Assembly (NCBI GenBank): GCA_001723645.1
Contig: MDLC01000015.1
Span: 1 to 57,238 of the forward strand
Length of the DNA stretch: 57,238 nucleotides
Source of the DNA: Candidatus Endobugula sertula
GTDB lineage: Bacteria; Pseudomonadota; Gammaproteobacteria; Pseudomonadales; Cellvibrionaceae
Direction: 5' to 3'
In this document: positions 1-11,338 of the stretch, piece after piece
How the letters are laid out: each line of letters starts with the position of its first letter
How positions within the stretch are numbered: position 1 is the first letter of the stretch
Position numbers and translations under genes: made by a program
Notes under the pieces: generated by a model
The model's database searches: none
Told to the model about the DNA's origin: nothing
Seen by the model: only the letters and a program-made list of their open reading frames with translations

Positions 1-16
1 AGAACATTCTGAATGC

Positions 17-817
17 TTAGGAAGAAAAAGCGATCATGTTTAATCGTTGGCGGTGATCATCTTCAGTGGAATACGCAGCGAGTATATTTCCATTGAGATT
101 AGGTGTAAACACACCATCATCAGTCTCGACAAATATATTTGCAATGCTCGTCTCTTCAATATAAGTATGAGTAGCAGCATCAAGCCATAGTATTGCATCA
201 TACTGATCTTTATTTATTAACGAATTAGGGAGATGGGTATGACTATAATTGGCCGCTGTTTTAGCCACTCCAACACCATTTGGCGCTGTACGCCCGTAAT
301 GCATTTCTACCAGTAAGTTTTGCCCTTCTTCTTTATAGGGCCTTATAAATGGTGCACACAAAACAATAAACTCATATGCATTTGATGGCATTGGGATGAT
401 ATGTCCGCGGGAGCCAAAGACAATAGGGCGCAAATATAATATGCTTGAACAGAATGGTTTATTCCACTGTTCTTCGATTTCAGAGACCAATTTAAGCGCC
501 CGATAAAATAATGACTTATCGGGTGAAGGCATACACAGTCTATTGCAAGAAGTAACTAACCGCTGATAATAACGTTCTGGTCAAAAAAAATAAATTTCTC
601 CATTCAATTTTGTAGCAAAACACCCCTCAAAAATACTTTGCCCATACTGTATTCCAGACGCACCCACATCAATCATTCGCCTTGAGCCTTCACTCAAACC
701 TTTACTTATCCATTTATTATTTTGATGAGTTGCACTATAAGAAAAAGGAGACCAACCTGGCATTGTATGAAACAATGTAGATTTTTCTTTCTTCGGTATT
801 TTTTCTTCTAACTCCAT
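17..817 (-). pseudogene. Class IV (branched-chain / D-amino-acid, IlvE-like) aminotransferase split into two ORFs (581-817 N-terminal part, 17-532 remainder) by an apparent frameshift
   Basis: The N-terminal ORF contains the YGQSIFEG motif typical of class IV aminotransferases. The second ORF has the matching downstream IlvE-like block LYLRPIVFGS. The two ORFs are adjacent, on the same strand and in different frames. Confidence 0.5.
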
Positions 818-829
818 GTCTATACCCTC

Positions 830-1300
830 TTACATTACTTTTTTCCATAGGAAAATAAATGGTAAATTTTTCCACATAACTATTATCGCCAATCCTAAAA
901 ATACAGCCAAAGACCCGACTAGTCTTATCGTACTAAATTGTTCACCCAATAAAATTGTTGCCAAAGTCATAGAAAAAACGGGAACTAATAATGTAAAAGG
1001 AGACACTATAGCCACAGAATATTTTTTAAGCAATTTACCCCATATAGCAAATGCCCAAATTGTTCCACATAAACCAGTATAAAGAAGTACACTAAAGCCT
1101 TCCCAGCCCATATTTTTAACTGCAGAGAATTGATCCTCTTCAAATATTATAGACAGTATTAAGAGTGGTAATGGAGGAATAACGCTAGCCCAAACCATAA
1201 GCCTCATTTGATTTGATGGCTTTGCGCTTCTCATCAAAATTTGTGTAACTCCCCAAAAAAAAGTAGCAAGAAATGCCCAAAATATATCTACTATCTTCAT
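830..1300 (-). CDS. Small polytopic membrane protein (DMT/EamA-like half transporter)
   Basis: 156 aa with about five hydrophobic helices and no catalytic motifs. Confidence 0.3.
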   Translation of the reverse strand: MKIVDIFWAFLATFFWGVTQILMRSAKPSNQMRLMVWASVIPPLPLLILSIIFEEDQFSAVKNMGWEGFSVLLYTGLCGTIWAFAIWGKLLKKYSVAIVSPFTLLVPVFSMTLATILLGEQFSTIRLVGSLAVFLGLAIIVMWKNLPFIFLWKKVM

Positions 1301-1326
1301 AATTAATCCTATTGAAATCTTATCTT

Positions 1327-2316
1327 TTATCTTCCAGTTATCAACTTATTAGCTTTTATATTTTCATTATCTAAAATCATTTTATGCGGATCGTAAAAAC
1401 GCAATATCTTTAAACCATCTGAAGATCCACTTAATGAGATTAAGTTACAAGGCTCGTTAGAATGATTAGTAAGCTTATTAATATTTTTATTAGAAAAGCC
1501 AGAAAATCTACTAAGAATAGGCAAATTTTCGAATTTATTTTCAGCAACCATTTCAAGCTCTTCTTTAATCTGTATTATCAAACATTGATCATCCTGATGA
1601 CGCCATGCGAGATATTCATCTAGTCGTTCCATTCCGTTAATAAAAGGGCTGGCTACCATCATATATAAGTTATCTTCCGACAAATCAAAATTGTCTCTGG
1701 CAAATTCCTCGCTTGCTTTTTTTCTATCAAGAATGTCGTCATCGGTTTTGTAAGGGTGCAGAGCGGTTTTTATCATGCTTTCGCTATATGATTTTTTATC
1801 CATTAACTTAGTTACTAATGCCAAGTACTCCTTAATTCCGCAGATATATCCTCTACCCTCAAAGTCAGCCAGCAGACCTCTTAAATGAGCCATAAGCATG
1901 GGATTTTGACAATCTGACTCTGTAAAATTAAATGCATCGTCCCTCAAAGAAAAGCCCAAGAAGTTTTCCATAAATTCTTTATGTGAATCATAGCTATATT
2001 CAGTTTCATCAAAAACCGTAAAATATTGCGGCAGATTAATATTTGCTTTAGCCAAACTAGAAAAAGAGTAAAAATCATTTTCAGCATAATCGCCTTCCAT
2101 GATACTATCATAATAAGCTGTATTTATTTCGCTCAATTTATCAAATAAACCACCCCAGCTTGTATTCTTTTTATCAATTTTTCCTAGACCAAAATCTTTA
2201 CTTACCTTTTGAACCCATGTCCAATACCCAAGAATTTCAGAACTTGAATCTCCCGTAATAACAAAATCTATTTCGCCCTGGTTTTCTATCACATATTTAG
2301 CTATCACATTCATCAA
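1327..2316 (-). CDS. Hypothetical protein (329 aa)
   Basis: Long ORF co-oriented with the neighbouring putative biosynthetic genes. No motif recognised. Confidence 0.3.
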   Translation of the reverse strand: MMNVIAKYVIENQGEIDFVITGDSSSEILGYWTWVQKVSKDFGLGKIDKKNTSWGGLFDKLSEINTAYYDSIMEGDYAENDFYSFSSLAKANINLPQYFTVFDETEYSYDSHKEFMENFLGFSLRDDAFNFTESDCQNPMLMAHLRGLLADFEGRGYICGIKEYLALVTKLMDKKSYSESMIKTALHPYKTDDDILDRKKASEEFARDNFDLSEDNLYMMVASPFINGMERLDEYLAWRHQDDQCLIIQIKEELEMVAENKFENLPILSRFSGFSNKNINKLTNHSNEPCNLISLSGSSDGLKILRFYDPHKMILDNENIKANKLITGR

Positions 2317-2405
2317 GCCAAGGTTGCAACCATTACAAAATGTCTCTCTTCCATTCTCTTGAGAAAGATGACCAGATATAAGTATTTCCTCTTTAAAATA
2401 CTGGA

Positions 2406-2720
2406 CTAAATCACCTGAAATAGAGCCTTTTTTAACTCAACATAGTGACCACCTCGTACAGCAGTACGCACACTTATATCTGAAGACTCGCGAACTGAAA
2501 GTGACTCAAAAACATTTTCTATATTCTCAAAAACACCTTGAGGGACACCTGGGTGAATCATTATCACAACATGAAGATGAAAGCTTTCCCCGTACTTCTT
2601 TTTTAAGATAAGCTGCATCAATCTTACATAAGCCAGTGTCCATGCAGAGTCTTTTCCGCCACCAAATGGTAAGAGGATATGCGCTTTTTGAAGAGGGCGG
2701 AAATTTGTTAACGACAACAA
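2406..2720 (-). CDS. Small ORF with a PP-loop-like FGGGKDS motif; possibly the detached N-terminus of an ATP-pyrophosphatase-like gene
   Basis: LPFGGGKDSAWTL resembles the SGGxDS PP-loop. The ORF is only 104 aa and ends 90 nt upstream of the next ORF on the same strand. Confidence 0.25.
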   Translation of the reverse strand: MLSLTNFRPLQKAHILLPFGGGKDSAWTLAYVRLMQLILKKKYGESFHLHVVIMIHPGVPQGVFENIENVFESLSVRESSDISVRTAVRGGHYVELKKALFQVI

Positions 2721-2891
2721 TTATCTTACGATTTTTCCGCAAGTTCTTTTTGTTCAATACCAATGTTTTTACTTAATTGTAAGTAAGTATATTCATCCGT
2801 AATAGAAAAATTCATAGCAATAATATTGTTTAGTTAAAATTAGCTATATTTATAACAAATTATAAATATAGCTGAAAAATTACTTATTAGA

Positions 2892-3908
2892 TTAAAAAGT
2901 AAATGGGGATTCTACGCTACGATCAAAGAGACAAACATCGGCAATGTTACGCTTACCCGTTATAAATTTAATTAGACGCTGAATCCCTAATCCACCGCCA
3001 GCTGTTTTGGGGATATGATTCAGCTTCGCTAGGGATAAATAATTTTCATAAGGCTCGAAATCCATACCCAACTCCTCCATTCTACGAACAATACTATTGT
3101 ATTCATATTCACGCTCAGCGCCTGATAGACTTTCACCATACCCCTCTGGATAAATAAGATCAAAGTTACGATAGATGCCCACCGCATTCGGATCTTCTAA
3201 GTCGTAAAATTCCTTCTTGAAGCTTGTTACAAAAGCTGGCGCACTAGAACTATTGGTAACTTCCTGACATATTTCGTCTTCACTCCTACTGTCACCAATT
3301 GTTGTAATTCTCTCAAACGGCTCATCCCAATCTAGCAGCTCCCTACCTAACAACTGCAGTTCACTTTCACATTGGGCTTTTACAGCCTTAATGGTATGCT
3401 TAAATAGCATTTCGACAAAATCCATTACTTCATGCATGCTGGCATTTTGTATTTCCATGTCAAATTGAGAAAACTCTAATAAATGGTTTGAGCTTGATTT
3501 AACTTTCCTTTTTTCTAAACGAATATTTGGTGAAACTATATATAGTTTTTCAATACTTGGAGACATTAAGGCTAACTGCTTGTGAAAAATCATACTTGCT
3601 GTCAACTTCAGATTTTTTTCTTCGTACTTTATATCTGCCGAATAAACTGAATGATTCAGAGGATCTGTAATTGGAGATAGCAAAAGGGGCATAATTTGTT
3701 TAAATCCATGCTGATTGGCATAATTTTGCAGCTCAGATAAAACAACAGATTGAATATGTTGTATGGCTCCCACTTCATAGCCCATTTCACCTAAAAGCAA
3801 TTGCATGAATATAAGATTCCGGCTGTGACTATCAGACGGCAAAGTCGTTAGCACAACAATACCTTTATGTTTTTGCATGAGAAATTCCCTATACCATATT
3901 GAAATCAT
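2892..3908 (-). CDS. Fusion protein: N-terminal cobalamin-binding (glutamate mutase S-like) domain joined to a class II aaRS / AsnA-like amide ligase domain
   Basis: The N-terminus (KGIVVLTTLPSDSHSRNLIFMQ) aligns with MutS/GlmS B12-binding domains, which carry a DxHxxG motif. The C-terminus carries a class II synthetase motif-3-like GGGLGIQRL. The gene overlaps the GlmE-like gene by 20 nt. Confidence 0.5.
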   Translation of the reverse strand: MISIWYREFLMQKHKGIVVLTTLPSDSHSRNLIFMQLLLGEMGYEVGAIQHIQSVVLSELQNYANQHGFKQIMPLLLSPITDPLNHSVYSADIKYEEKNLKLTASMIFHKQLALMSPSIEKLYIVSPNIRLEKRKVKSSSNHLLEFSQFDMEIQNASMHEVMDFVEMLFKHTIKAVKAQCESELQLLGRELLDWDEPFERITTIGDSRSEDEICQEVTNSSSAPAFVTSFKKEFYDLEDPNAVGIYRNFDLIYPEGYGESLSGAEREYEYNSIVRRMEELGMDFEPYENYLSLAKLNHIPKTAGGGLGIQRLIKFITGKRNIADVCLFDRSVESPFTF

Positions 3909-5148
3909 ATTTGAATTTATTAAATGAAAGCATATTCAGCAGATCGGAGGACGATAGCAGTTTCTTTTTTTTATAGATGGTGTTTTTAAGGTAATCTGGA
4001 AAGGGTATCTTCCCGACTTCCGCCCATTGAATACTGCCTGCATGGTCAACCCAAGAGCTTGCCAATTTTTTATTGTCATTGTGTAAACAGTACGGGATAT
4101 CTAAGTAACCTTTTTTAAAAGACAACTCTATCGCGCTGCCTATATCAGATGATGTATTCAATACGGCGCTAACAATTGATCTTGCCTGCTGAAAAATAAT
4201 TTCACTATTCCAATGAATTTTAGACTCTTCAACAAAACACTTCTTATTTTCTGCATTTGAAGCCCACTCTATGGCCATGACATTATCTTGTATTGATGGA
4301 ATACCATGCGCTTCTGATGCAGTTTTTACAATTAATCGAGGTATACCTGCCCGCTTTGCAATCCATGTACTATCCTCAATAATGGATTTTGCACCTGACT
4401 CTGTTGCAGGGAACATCCCCATAAATGTATACATAACTATATGCCAAGTAGTGGGCTGCAAAAATTCTTCTGCTAGTAACTGTAACGCAGCTAGAGCTCC
4501 TAAATCCTGCTCCAAATTTGACCCTTGCGCATAACTCAATGAAACTGAGGACACTCCATTGGCCTGCATAAACATGCATTCCAAAACTGTTATGGCAACA
4601 AGCATTGATGGAGGGCATAACTGACCAAGTAAACAACCGCCAAAAGACTCGATATGCAGAGGACGCGTACTTGTTGAGTTCTCACCGAATAACTGACAGC
4701 TTTCCGCCCAAGCTTTAACACTTGCTTTCAATGGCTCCCTACCATAAGGCATACAATATGATATTGGTCCTCCTTCAGTTGCATCTAAACCCATTTCTAA
4801 AATAGATTTAAAAATTTCTATTGGCTTTGCACAACCATGCCGAACCTGTATAGAAAAATCAGAATCAAAAATACCGTCAATAAGCGAGGCATTTTCATTT
4901 TTTTCAAAAGAAACTATGGGATAACCATTCAACTCTTTTTTCATTTCTACTGCTTCTTTTGCTGTAGAAAATTTTAACTGCCTTGTAAAGCTATCTATGG
5001 TTATAGTTCCTACGGTAGAGAACCCACAATGCTTAACTGCCAATAAGCCTGTCCTCATTTGCTCCGGCGATGAAAAAACCATCCTCGGCTGAAGCAAAAG
5101 GTGACCCTTCTCAATAGCCGCAGTTATAAAGTTATGAAAACTACTCAT
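3889..5148 (-). CDS. Glutamate mutase E (methylaspartate mutase epsilon) subunit homolog
   Basis: Multiple blocks match GlmE/MutE: IDSFTRQ, RHGCAKP, EGGPISYCMPYGRE, LCPPSMLVAITVLE, FMGMFPATESGAKSII and LIVKTASEAHGIPS. Confidence 0.6.
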   Translation of the reverse strand: MSSFHNFITAAIEKGHLLLQPRMVFSSPEQMRTGLLAVKHCGFSTVGTITIDSFTRQLKFSTAKEAVEMKKELNGYPIVSFEKNENASLIDGIFDSDFSIQVRHGCAKPIEIFKSILEMGLDATEGGPISYCMPYGREPLKASVKAWAESCQLFGENSTSTRPLHIESFGGCLLGQLCPPSMLVAITVLECMFMQANGVSSVSLSYAQGSNLEQDLGALAALQLLAEEFLQPTTWHIVMYTFMGMFPATESGAKSIIEDSTWIAKRAGIPRLIVKTASEAHGIPSIQDNVMAIEWASNAENKKCFVEESKIHWNSEIIFQQARSIVSAVLNTSSDIGSAIELSFKKGYLDIPYCLHNDNKKLASSWVDHAGSIQWAEVGKIPFPDYLKNTIYKKKKLLSSSDLLNMLSFNKFKYDFNMV

Positions 5149-5613
5149 TTGGTCAAGTCTCTTTTACTGAAGCATTCGTAAACGGGCTAATCCAGACAGT
5201 GCTTAATTCAGAATTCTTATTTTCTGATCACTACTAAAGCGATAAGCAGTTTTTTGGCGCAAAAATAATTTCTTTATGGTATAGCGCTATCAAGTAGTAA
5301 TCTTGCATTATTCTATTCCTTTTCGCTCAGGCGAAATTTGCTTGCTGTATCGATAAACCTTATTTGATATTTTATACCACACATACCAAAACATTCAGTC
5401 AACTATACTGTGAGCACTTGGATTCAAACTGTTATAGATCTTATCTTCTTTGGATAACAGCCAATTTCTACAAGCACTCTTAGCTAAAATATTCTAAATA
5501 CTGTACTCTGAAAATACTTTAATGTCTTCCACCTAAACCATGCTTTTATAAACTTAGAGCAGCAGAGCGCATTATAAACAGCCCCCCAATCGTACGATTG
5601 TTAAAGCTGAGAG

Positions 5614-5753
5614 TGTTTGTTTAAATCAGTTTTGAGAATCGTCCTGAGAGGAGCGATATCCTATCCACAACAAGTTACCTGCTCGCACGACCATTAGCTG
5701 GGAGCTATTTGTTTAAATCAGCTTTGGGAATCGCCCTGAGAGGAACAACATCC
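5614..5753. repeat. Two imperfect ~48-nt direct repeats (5614-5661 and 5706-5753, period ~92 nt) in a 1.1-kb non-coding scar region
   Basis: The unit TTTGTTTAAATCAG(T/C)TTTG(A/G)GAATCG(T/C)CCTGAGAGGA(G/A)C.A(T/C)ATCC occurs twice. Confidence 0.5.
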
Positions 5754-5991
5754 CAAATACACCAATGATTTGAGAACATGCTAATACAATTATTTATCGT
5801 ATTACAACTTCTCTTTTATGGAAATTGATATACATCACAGAAAATAAAATTATTTTTGTTCACAATAACAATGCGGTAAACCCAATTTTATTATATAGAT
5901 GAAAAATTCTTTAATAATAAATAATGGCGATAAATTCAATGAAATATGCCCTGCTTTTTTTTGCTATTGCCTTATCGTCTTGGCTAATTGC

Positions 5992-6291
5992 TTATTCAAG
6001 TAATCCAATAATGTCTTTTGGGAGATAATCTTGCGGATTGTTATAACCAAGCGTGTAGCCACTCTTCTCATCAGGCCAATATTTTATATTATCTTTTTTG
6101 ATGGAATAGATAATTGTATTATGTAATCCTCACTCTACAAGTTCAACTTTATAGCCTGCTTGTATCAGCACTGATTGCACTTGTCATGTTTCAATTTGAC
6201 CATCACCATTATTAAGTCCAAATTTATTAAAGGCTTCTTCCCATTGCCATTCATAGGAGCCTCCACAATTATCACATTCTGATATGGGCAT
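5992..6291 (-). pseudogene. About 100-codon reading frame (MPISECDNCGGSYEWQWEEAF...) interrupted by two in-frame TGA codons
   Basis: Hand translation of the minus strand gives one continuous frame from ATG (6289-6291) to TAA (5992-5994). There are TGA codons after ...GQIET and after ...KVELVE. A Cys pair near the N-terminus resembles a zinc-ribbon. Confidence 0.3.
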
Positions 6292-6323
6292 GATTTTATT
6301 CCTTTCCAAATTTGTAAGTAATG

Positions 6324-6858
6324 TCATGAACCATGTACATAACGATGATTGCTGACTGCATCCAGTTTTTTATCTGAAATCCGGCATGGTTGATTGGTGA
6401 CTTGTATCGTTCCATACTTCAAACGTACAACACGGACATAGGACGATTTAAAATTGGTCGGATCATGGTCAATAACAACCTCTATGATCTTTCCATTTTC
6501 ATTTCCATCAGGAGTTGATCGTAGTGTAATAAGTTTCATGTCTTTCCCTATTGTTTAAATGATGCGACATTGCATCTTTGAAACCCGCCCAATTAAACGG
6601 GTTTCTACAGATACCATCACGTATCACTGGTTGTCGGCACTGTTGACGCATGGGTATTTCCAGCGCTCTTGGCGTATCAGGTAAGCGAATAATAGGTTCA
6701 AGATAGCGATGGTTAACGCTGCGAATCTCGCAGCGTAATGTTCCCCAGGAAGCGTGTATTTCTTCACAAGCAAAGCCTGTCATACTATTTGGCATAGAGA
6801 ACCATTCTGCAGGTTGGTATTTGAAAACCATTAACCACAAAATAATAACACAGCACAT
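6324..6858 (-). pseudogene. yicC: yicC (RNase AM / YicC family), frameshifted and C-terminally truncated
   Basis: ORF 6508-6858 begins with YicC-like SMTGFACEEIHASWGTLRCEIRSVNHRYLEPIIRLP and then diverges. A second-frame ORF (6324-6539) continues with a YicC-like TLRSTPDGNENGKIIEV block. The locus is divergent from rph, as in E. coli. Confidence 0.5.
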
Positions 6859-6914
6859 CGACTTTTTGCGGTAAACTAGGCGTTATTTTCCCCATTATTA
6901 TCCGTAGGTTTATT

Positions 6915-7643
6915 ATGCAGCGTCCCAGTGGTAGAACCGCAGATCAAACTCGCCCTATCCGTTTAACCAAAAACTTTACCAAACATGCCGAAGGCTCTGT
7001 TCTCGTTGAATTTGGTGATACCAAGGTTATTTGTAATGCCAGTATTGATAATAGTGTTCCCGGCTTTTTACGTGGGCAGGGTTCAGGGTGGATTACTGCA
7101 GAATACGGTATGTTGCCACGCTCAACAGGTTCACGTATGGGACGCGAGGCAACGAGGGGCAAACAAACTGGACGTACCATAGAGATACAACGCTTAATCG
7201 GTCGCTCACTACGTGCAGCAGTCAATCTCAATATTCTTGGTGAACGCACAATTACTATCGATTGTGATGTTATTCAGGCGGATGGAGGTACACGCACCGC
7301 TTCTATAACTGGTGCTAGTGTTGCTTTAGCAGACGCATTGCAACGCTTAGTAGCCAATGGTACGTTAAAGAGTAATCCGCTAGTCCGTATGGTTGCTTCC
7401 ATCTCCGTAGGTATCTATGAAAATGAAGCAGTATTAGACTTGGACTATCTGGAAGATTCTGCTGCTGATACCGATATGAATATTGTCATGGCCGATGATG
7501 GCGGGATGATTGAAATTCAGGGTACGGCAGAGGGGAAGCCATTTAGTGAAGCTGAATTTGCGCAAATGCTGGCTTTAGCGAAGAAAGGCATTCAAGAATT
7601 GCGGACGCATCAACAGGCCTGTCTTCATAGTATGTCTGGATGA
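6915..7643 (+). CDS. rph: Ribonuclease PH
   Basis: Full-length RNase PH signature ([31 protein letters not shown]...[17 protein letters not shown]). Confidence 0.9.
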   Translation: MQRPSGRTADQTRPIRLTKNFTKHAEGSVLVEFGDTKVICNASIDNSVPGFLRGQGSGWITAEYGMLPRSTGSRMGREATRGKQTGRTIEIQRLIGRSLRAAVNLNILGERTITIDCDVIQADGGTRTASITGASVALADALQRLVANGTLKSNPLVRMVASISVGIYENEAVLDLDYLEDSAADTDMNIVMADDGGMIEIQGTAEGKPFSEAEFAQMLALAKKGIQELRTHQQACLHSMSG

Positions 7644-7699
7644 GTGAATTTAACCGAACGTCAAACAACCGGGAATAAAGCATTATAAAAAAACGGGAC

Positions 7700-7951
7700 T
7701 TATATTCCCATATTTTTCAATATTTCCATCACTTCGCGAATAACACCTGCGGCTTGTGGGTGTTGCCACTCTATATCCTTCAATAACAGATCCAGCGTTT
7801 CTTTAAAATCAGAGCCGACAGGGATTTCTTCGCCGGAATAATAAGTATAGTTTTTTAAGCTATCCATCAGTTGCTGTTGTTGGGGACTGGTGAAATCATC
7901 ACCAAAGCGTTCATGCAAGCTGCTGATTAAGTTTTCGATAGACTCTGACAT
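7700..7951 (-). CDS. Small acidic hypothetical protein (83 aa)
   Basis: ORF only. Confidence 0.3.
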   Translation of the reverse strand: MSESIENLISSLHERFGDDFTSPQQQQLMDSLKNYTYYSGEEIPVGSDFKETLDLLLKDIEWQHPQAAGVIREVMEILKNMGI

Positions 7952-8032
7952 AATATATTCCTATTAAATAAGTAATCGTTATCAAATACACACAAGCATG
8001 TAGCAACTGCCTCTTTAGTCATCAGTGCGGCA

Positions 8033-8881
8033 TTAGCTCAATAGGGCCTTGGCATGATAACGCAAGTGCTCTTCAATAAAGCTAGCAATAAAAAAGTAAC
8101 TGTGATCATAGTTAGGTTGCAAGCGTAAAGTCAGAGGATAGTTTGCTTCATCACAGGCTTGTTTCAGTGCGGACGGCTGCAGTTGCTCTATTAAAAACTC
8201 ATCGGCTTCTCCTTGGTCTACTAACAAAGGGAGTTTGGTCGTTGCTGTGGCGCTACTGGAAACCAATAGAGACGCATCATATTGTTCCCAATTGCGTTTA
8301 TCGTTACCTAGATAAATACTAAAAATTTTTTCACCCCAGGGGCATTGTGTAGGGTGACAAATAGGGGAAAAGGCTGAGACGGAACCATAACGGTCTGGGT
8401 TTTTCAATGCGATAGTTAAGGCCCCATGTCCACCCATAGAATGACCACTAATACTGCAACGATCAGTCACAAGGAAATGTGTTTTAATTAGTTGTGGCAA
8501 CTCATCTAACACATAATCATACATATTGTAGTGTTGATTCCATGGTGCTTGCGTGGCATTTAGATAAAATCCAGCGCCAGAACCGAAATCATAACTATCA
8601 TGCTCGCCAGGCAAATCAGTTCCTCGTGGACTGGTGTCAGGGCAAACAATGGCAATTCCCAGCTCAGCAGCAACTCGCTGAGCGCCGGCTTTCTGCATAA
8701 AGTTTTCATCTGTACAGGTTAAGCCTGATAGCCAATACAAAACGGGTACAGATTGGGTTTCTGCTTGAGGGGGAAGGTAGATAGCAAAAATCATATCACA
8801 GTTCAAGCAATCAGAATGATGCATATAACGTTTAAGCCAACCATCAAAAACACGACGTTGAGACAATAAATTCATATTCAT
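8033..8881 (-). CDS. frmB: S-formylglutathione hydrolase (esterase D family)
   Basis: [10 protein letters not shown] serine-hydrolase motif. Typical FrmB/FghA length. Sits adjacent to frmA. Confidence 0.85.
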   Translation of the reverse strand: MNMNLLSQRRVFDGWLKRYMHHSDCLNCDMIFAIYLPPQAETQSVPVLYWLSGLTCTDENFMQKAGAQRVAAELGIAIVCPDTSPRGTDLPGEHDSYDFGSGAGFYLNATQAPWNQHYNMYDYVLDELPQLIKTHFLVTDRCSISGHSMGGHGALTIALKNPDRYGSVSAFSPICHPTQCPWGEKIFSIYLGNDKRNWEQYDASLLVSSSATATTKLPLLVDQGEADEFLIEQLQPSALKQACDEANYPLTLRLQPNYDHSYFFIASFIEEHLRYHAKALLS

Positions 8882-8913
8882 AAACCTTTACAGTGGCTTA
8901 GTGAGAACAGTGC

Positions 8914-10035
<1,122 letters not shown>

Positions 10036-10165
10036 TTATTTGCAATAATTAACTTGGATGAGTTTAACAGAAATCGCTTATTTCTGAATGGTACGAACGA
10101 CTAACACTATCGGTAATGCGAGTGGCTCACTGAAAACCATAAGGGTTCCCTTGGTTTTCTGTGCC

Positions 10166-10807
10166 TTAAGTTGGCGCTAATATCTTCGCCATATCTTCTG
10201 TAAATACGGGCCACTCATGCAAGGTATCGCTCCAACCTTGCTGGCGTAATTTAGCTAATGCTTTTTCGGTATTTTCCTGCTTAAAAATATCTTTTTCTTC
10301 TGCGGTCAACGTGGTATTAATCGTTTCCAGACGAACCAATACGGTTTGGTCTAGTTGGTTAGCATCGTTATCACCAATAATCGTGTGTACAATAATATTG
10401 ACGTAGGTATTGTCAGATGGGGCTAGTGGCCAGCAACGTTCTACACGGACTCTGTCATTGAGTTCCTCAAGCATACGATGACATAAATAAGCCCGACACA
10501 GATAAGCATGAACACCAGATAACTTGCTGATCACAATGTGGTTATCAAGAAAACAATGAATTGCCGCTTTGATAAAGGGCGTGGTGTAGATGTCGATGCC
10601 GCTTTTTTCCGCTAATTCATGGAACGCTTGTAAATAGCTGGGAACACTGTCTATATAACGACGAATAAAAGCTGTTAATCTATGCATATCGTCAGGGCTT
10701 GAAGATAACATGGCATAATAGAGACTATCCGATTCTGTCGAGGCAGCTTGCATGGCTTTAATATCATCTGCCAGTTTAGCTACATGAACGAGTAAAGACG
10801 ATTCCAT
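10166..10807 (-). CDS. Hypothetical protein (213 aa), possibly HD-like
   Basis: ORF. His/Asp-rich segments, but no firm motif. Confidence 0.3.
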   Translation of the reverse strand: MESSLLVHVAKLADDIKAMQAASTESDSLYYAMLSSSPDDMHRLTAFIRRYIDSVPSYLQAFHELAEKSGIDIYTTPFIKAAIHCFLDNHIVISKLSGVHAYLCRAYLCHRMLEELNDRVRVERCWPLAPSDNTYVNIIVHTIIGDNDANQLDQTVLVRLETINTTLTAEEKDIFKQENTEKALAKLRQQGWSDTLHEWPVFTEDMAKILAPT

Positions 10808-11338
10808 GGATATCTCAACATTAATGCATAGGTTTGATCGTAATTAACATAGCATTGTTTTAAATATTAGGCCATTTTGCTGATTAAATATCAATCGTTA
10901 ATCGCTGAAATAGCCACAGAAAAGACAAACCTGTTGACTTTAAGGGGCTTTTGTGGCCCCCTACGCACTGGGGAACTTCATGAAGGTATGGGCTTTGGTC
11001 AATATTCCCTAAAGTTGTGGCAAGTTATTAGCCGTAGTTGTTGGTAGTACCGCCTACAATAGGGGCATCAGCATTAGCCGCTTTACTTCCTTACTTATTC
11101 AATAGGCAAACGGTTTATCACTGTTCTGTTGCGGAAGCATGATGCTAGATATTTTGATTTGGAGCTAAAGATTTTTGGTAATTTAGTAGGTAGTAGGTCA
11201 ATACGGATGAAGCGACTGTCGGTGGTGTATTGGATAGATTGTAAGAGTAGTACAAATCACGATTAACAGATTTAGCCACAACATATGTTAGTAAAGTAAG
11301 TAATAACAAATGCAACGCTACATTGGAGATCTTGGGAG

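Noticed and set aside
816-1082. Antisense ORFs embedded in better genes (816-1082, 4271-4534, 4376-4636, 6944-7249, 6985-7182, 8494-8700, 9326-9622, 11411-11602, 12465-12972, 13383-13565, 16055-16593, 16966-17244, 23515-25225 small ORFs, 29298-29831, 31659-31913, 33611-34092, 44195-44470, 45461-45727, 50371-50709, 53876-54693)
   Set aside because: Each lies inside or opposite a longer ORF with clear homology or motifs. No independent support.
5940-6030. Small + strand ORF MKYALLFFAIALSSWLIAYSSNPIMSFGR (signal-peptide-like)
   Set aside because: About 30 codons, overlaps the antisense TGA-interrupted frame in a degraded region. Insufficient evidence either way.
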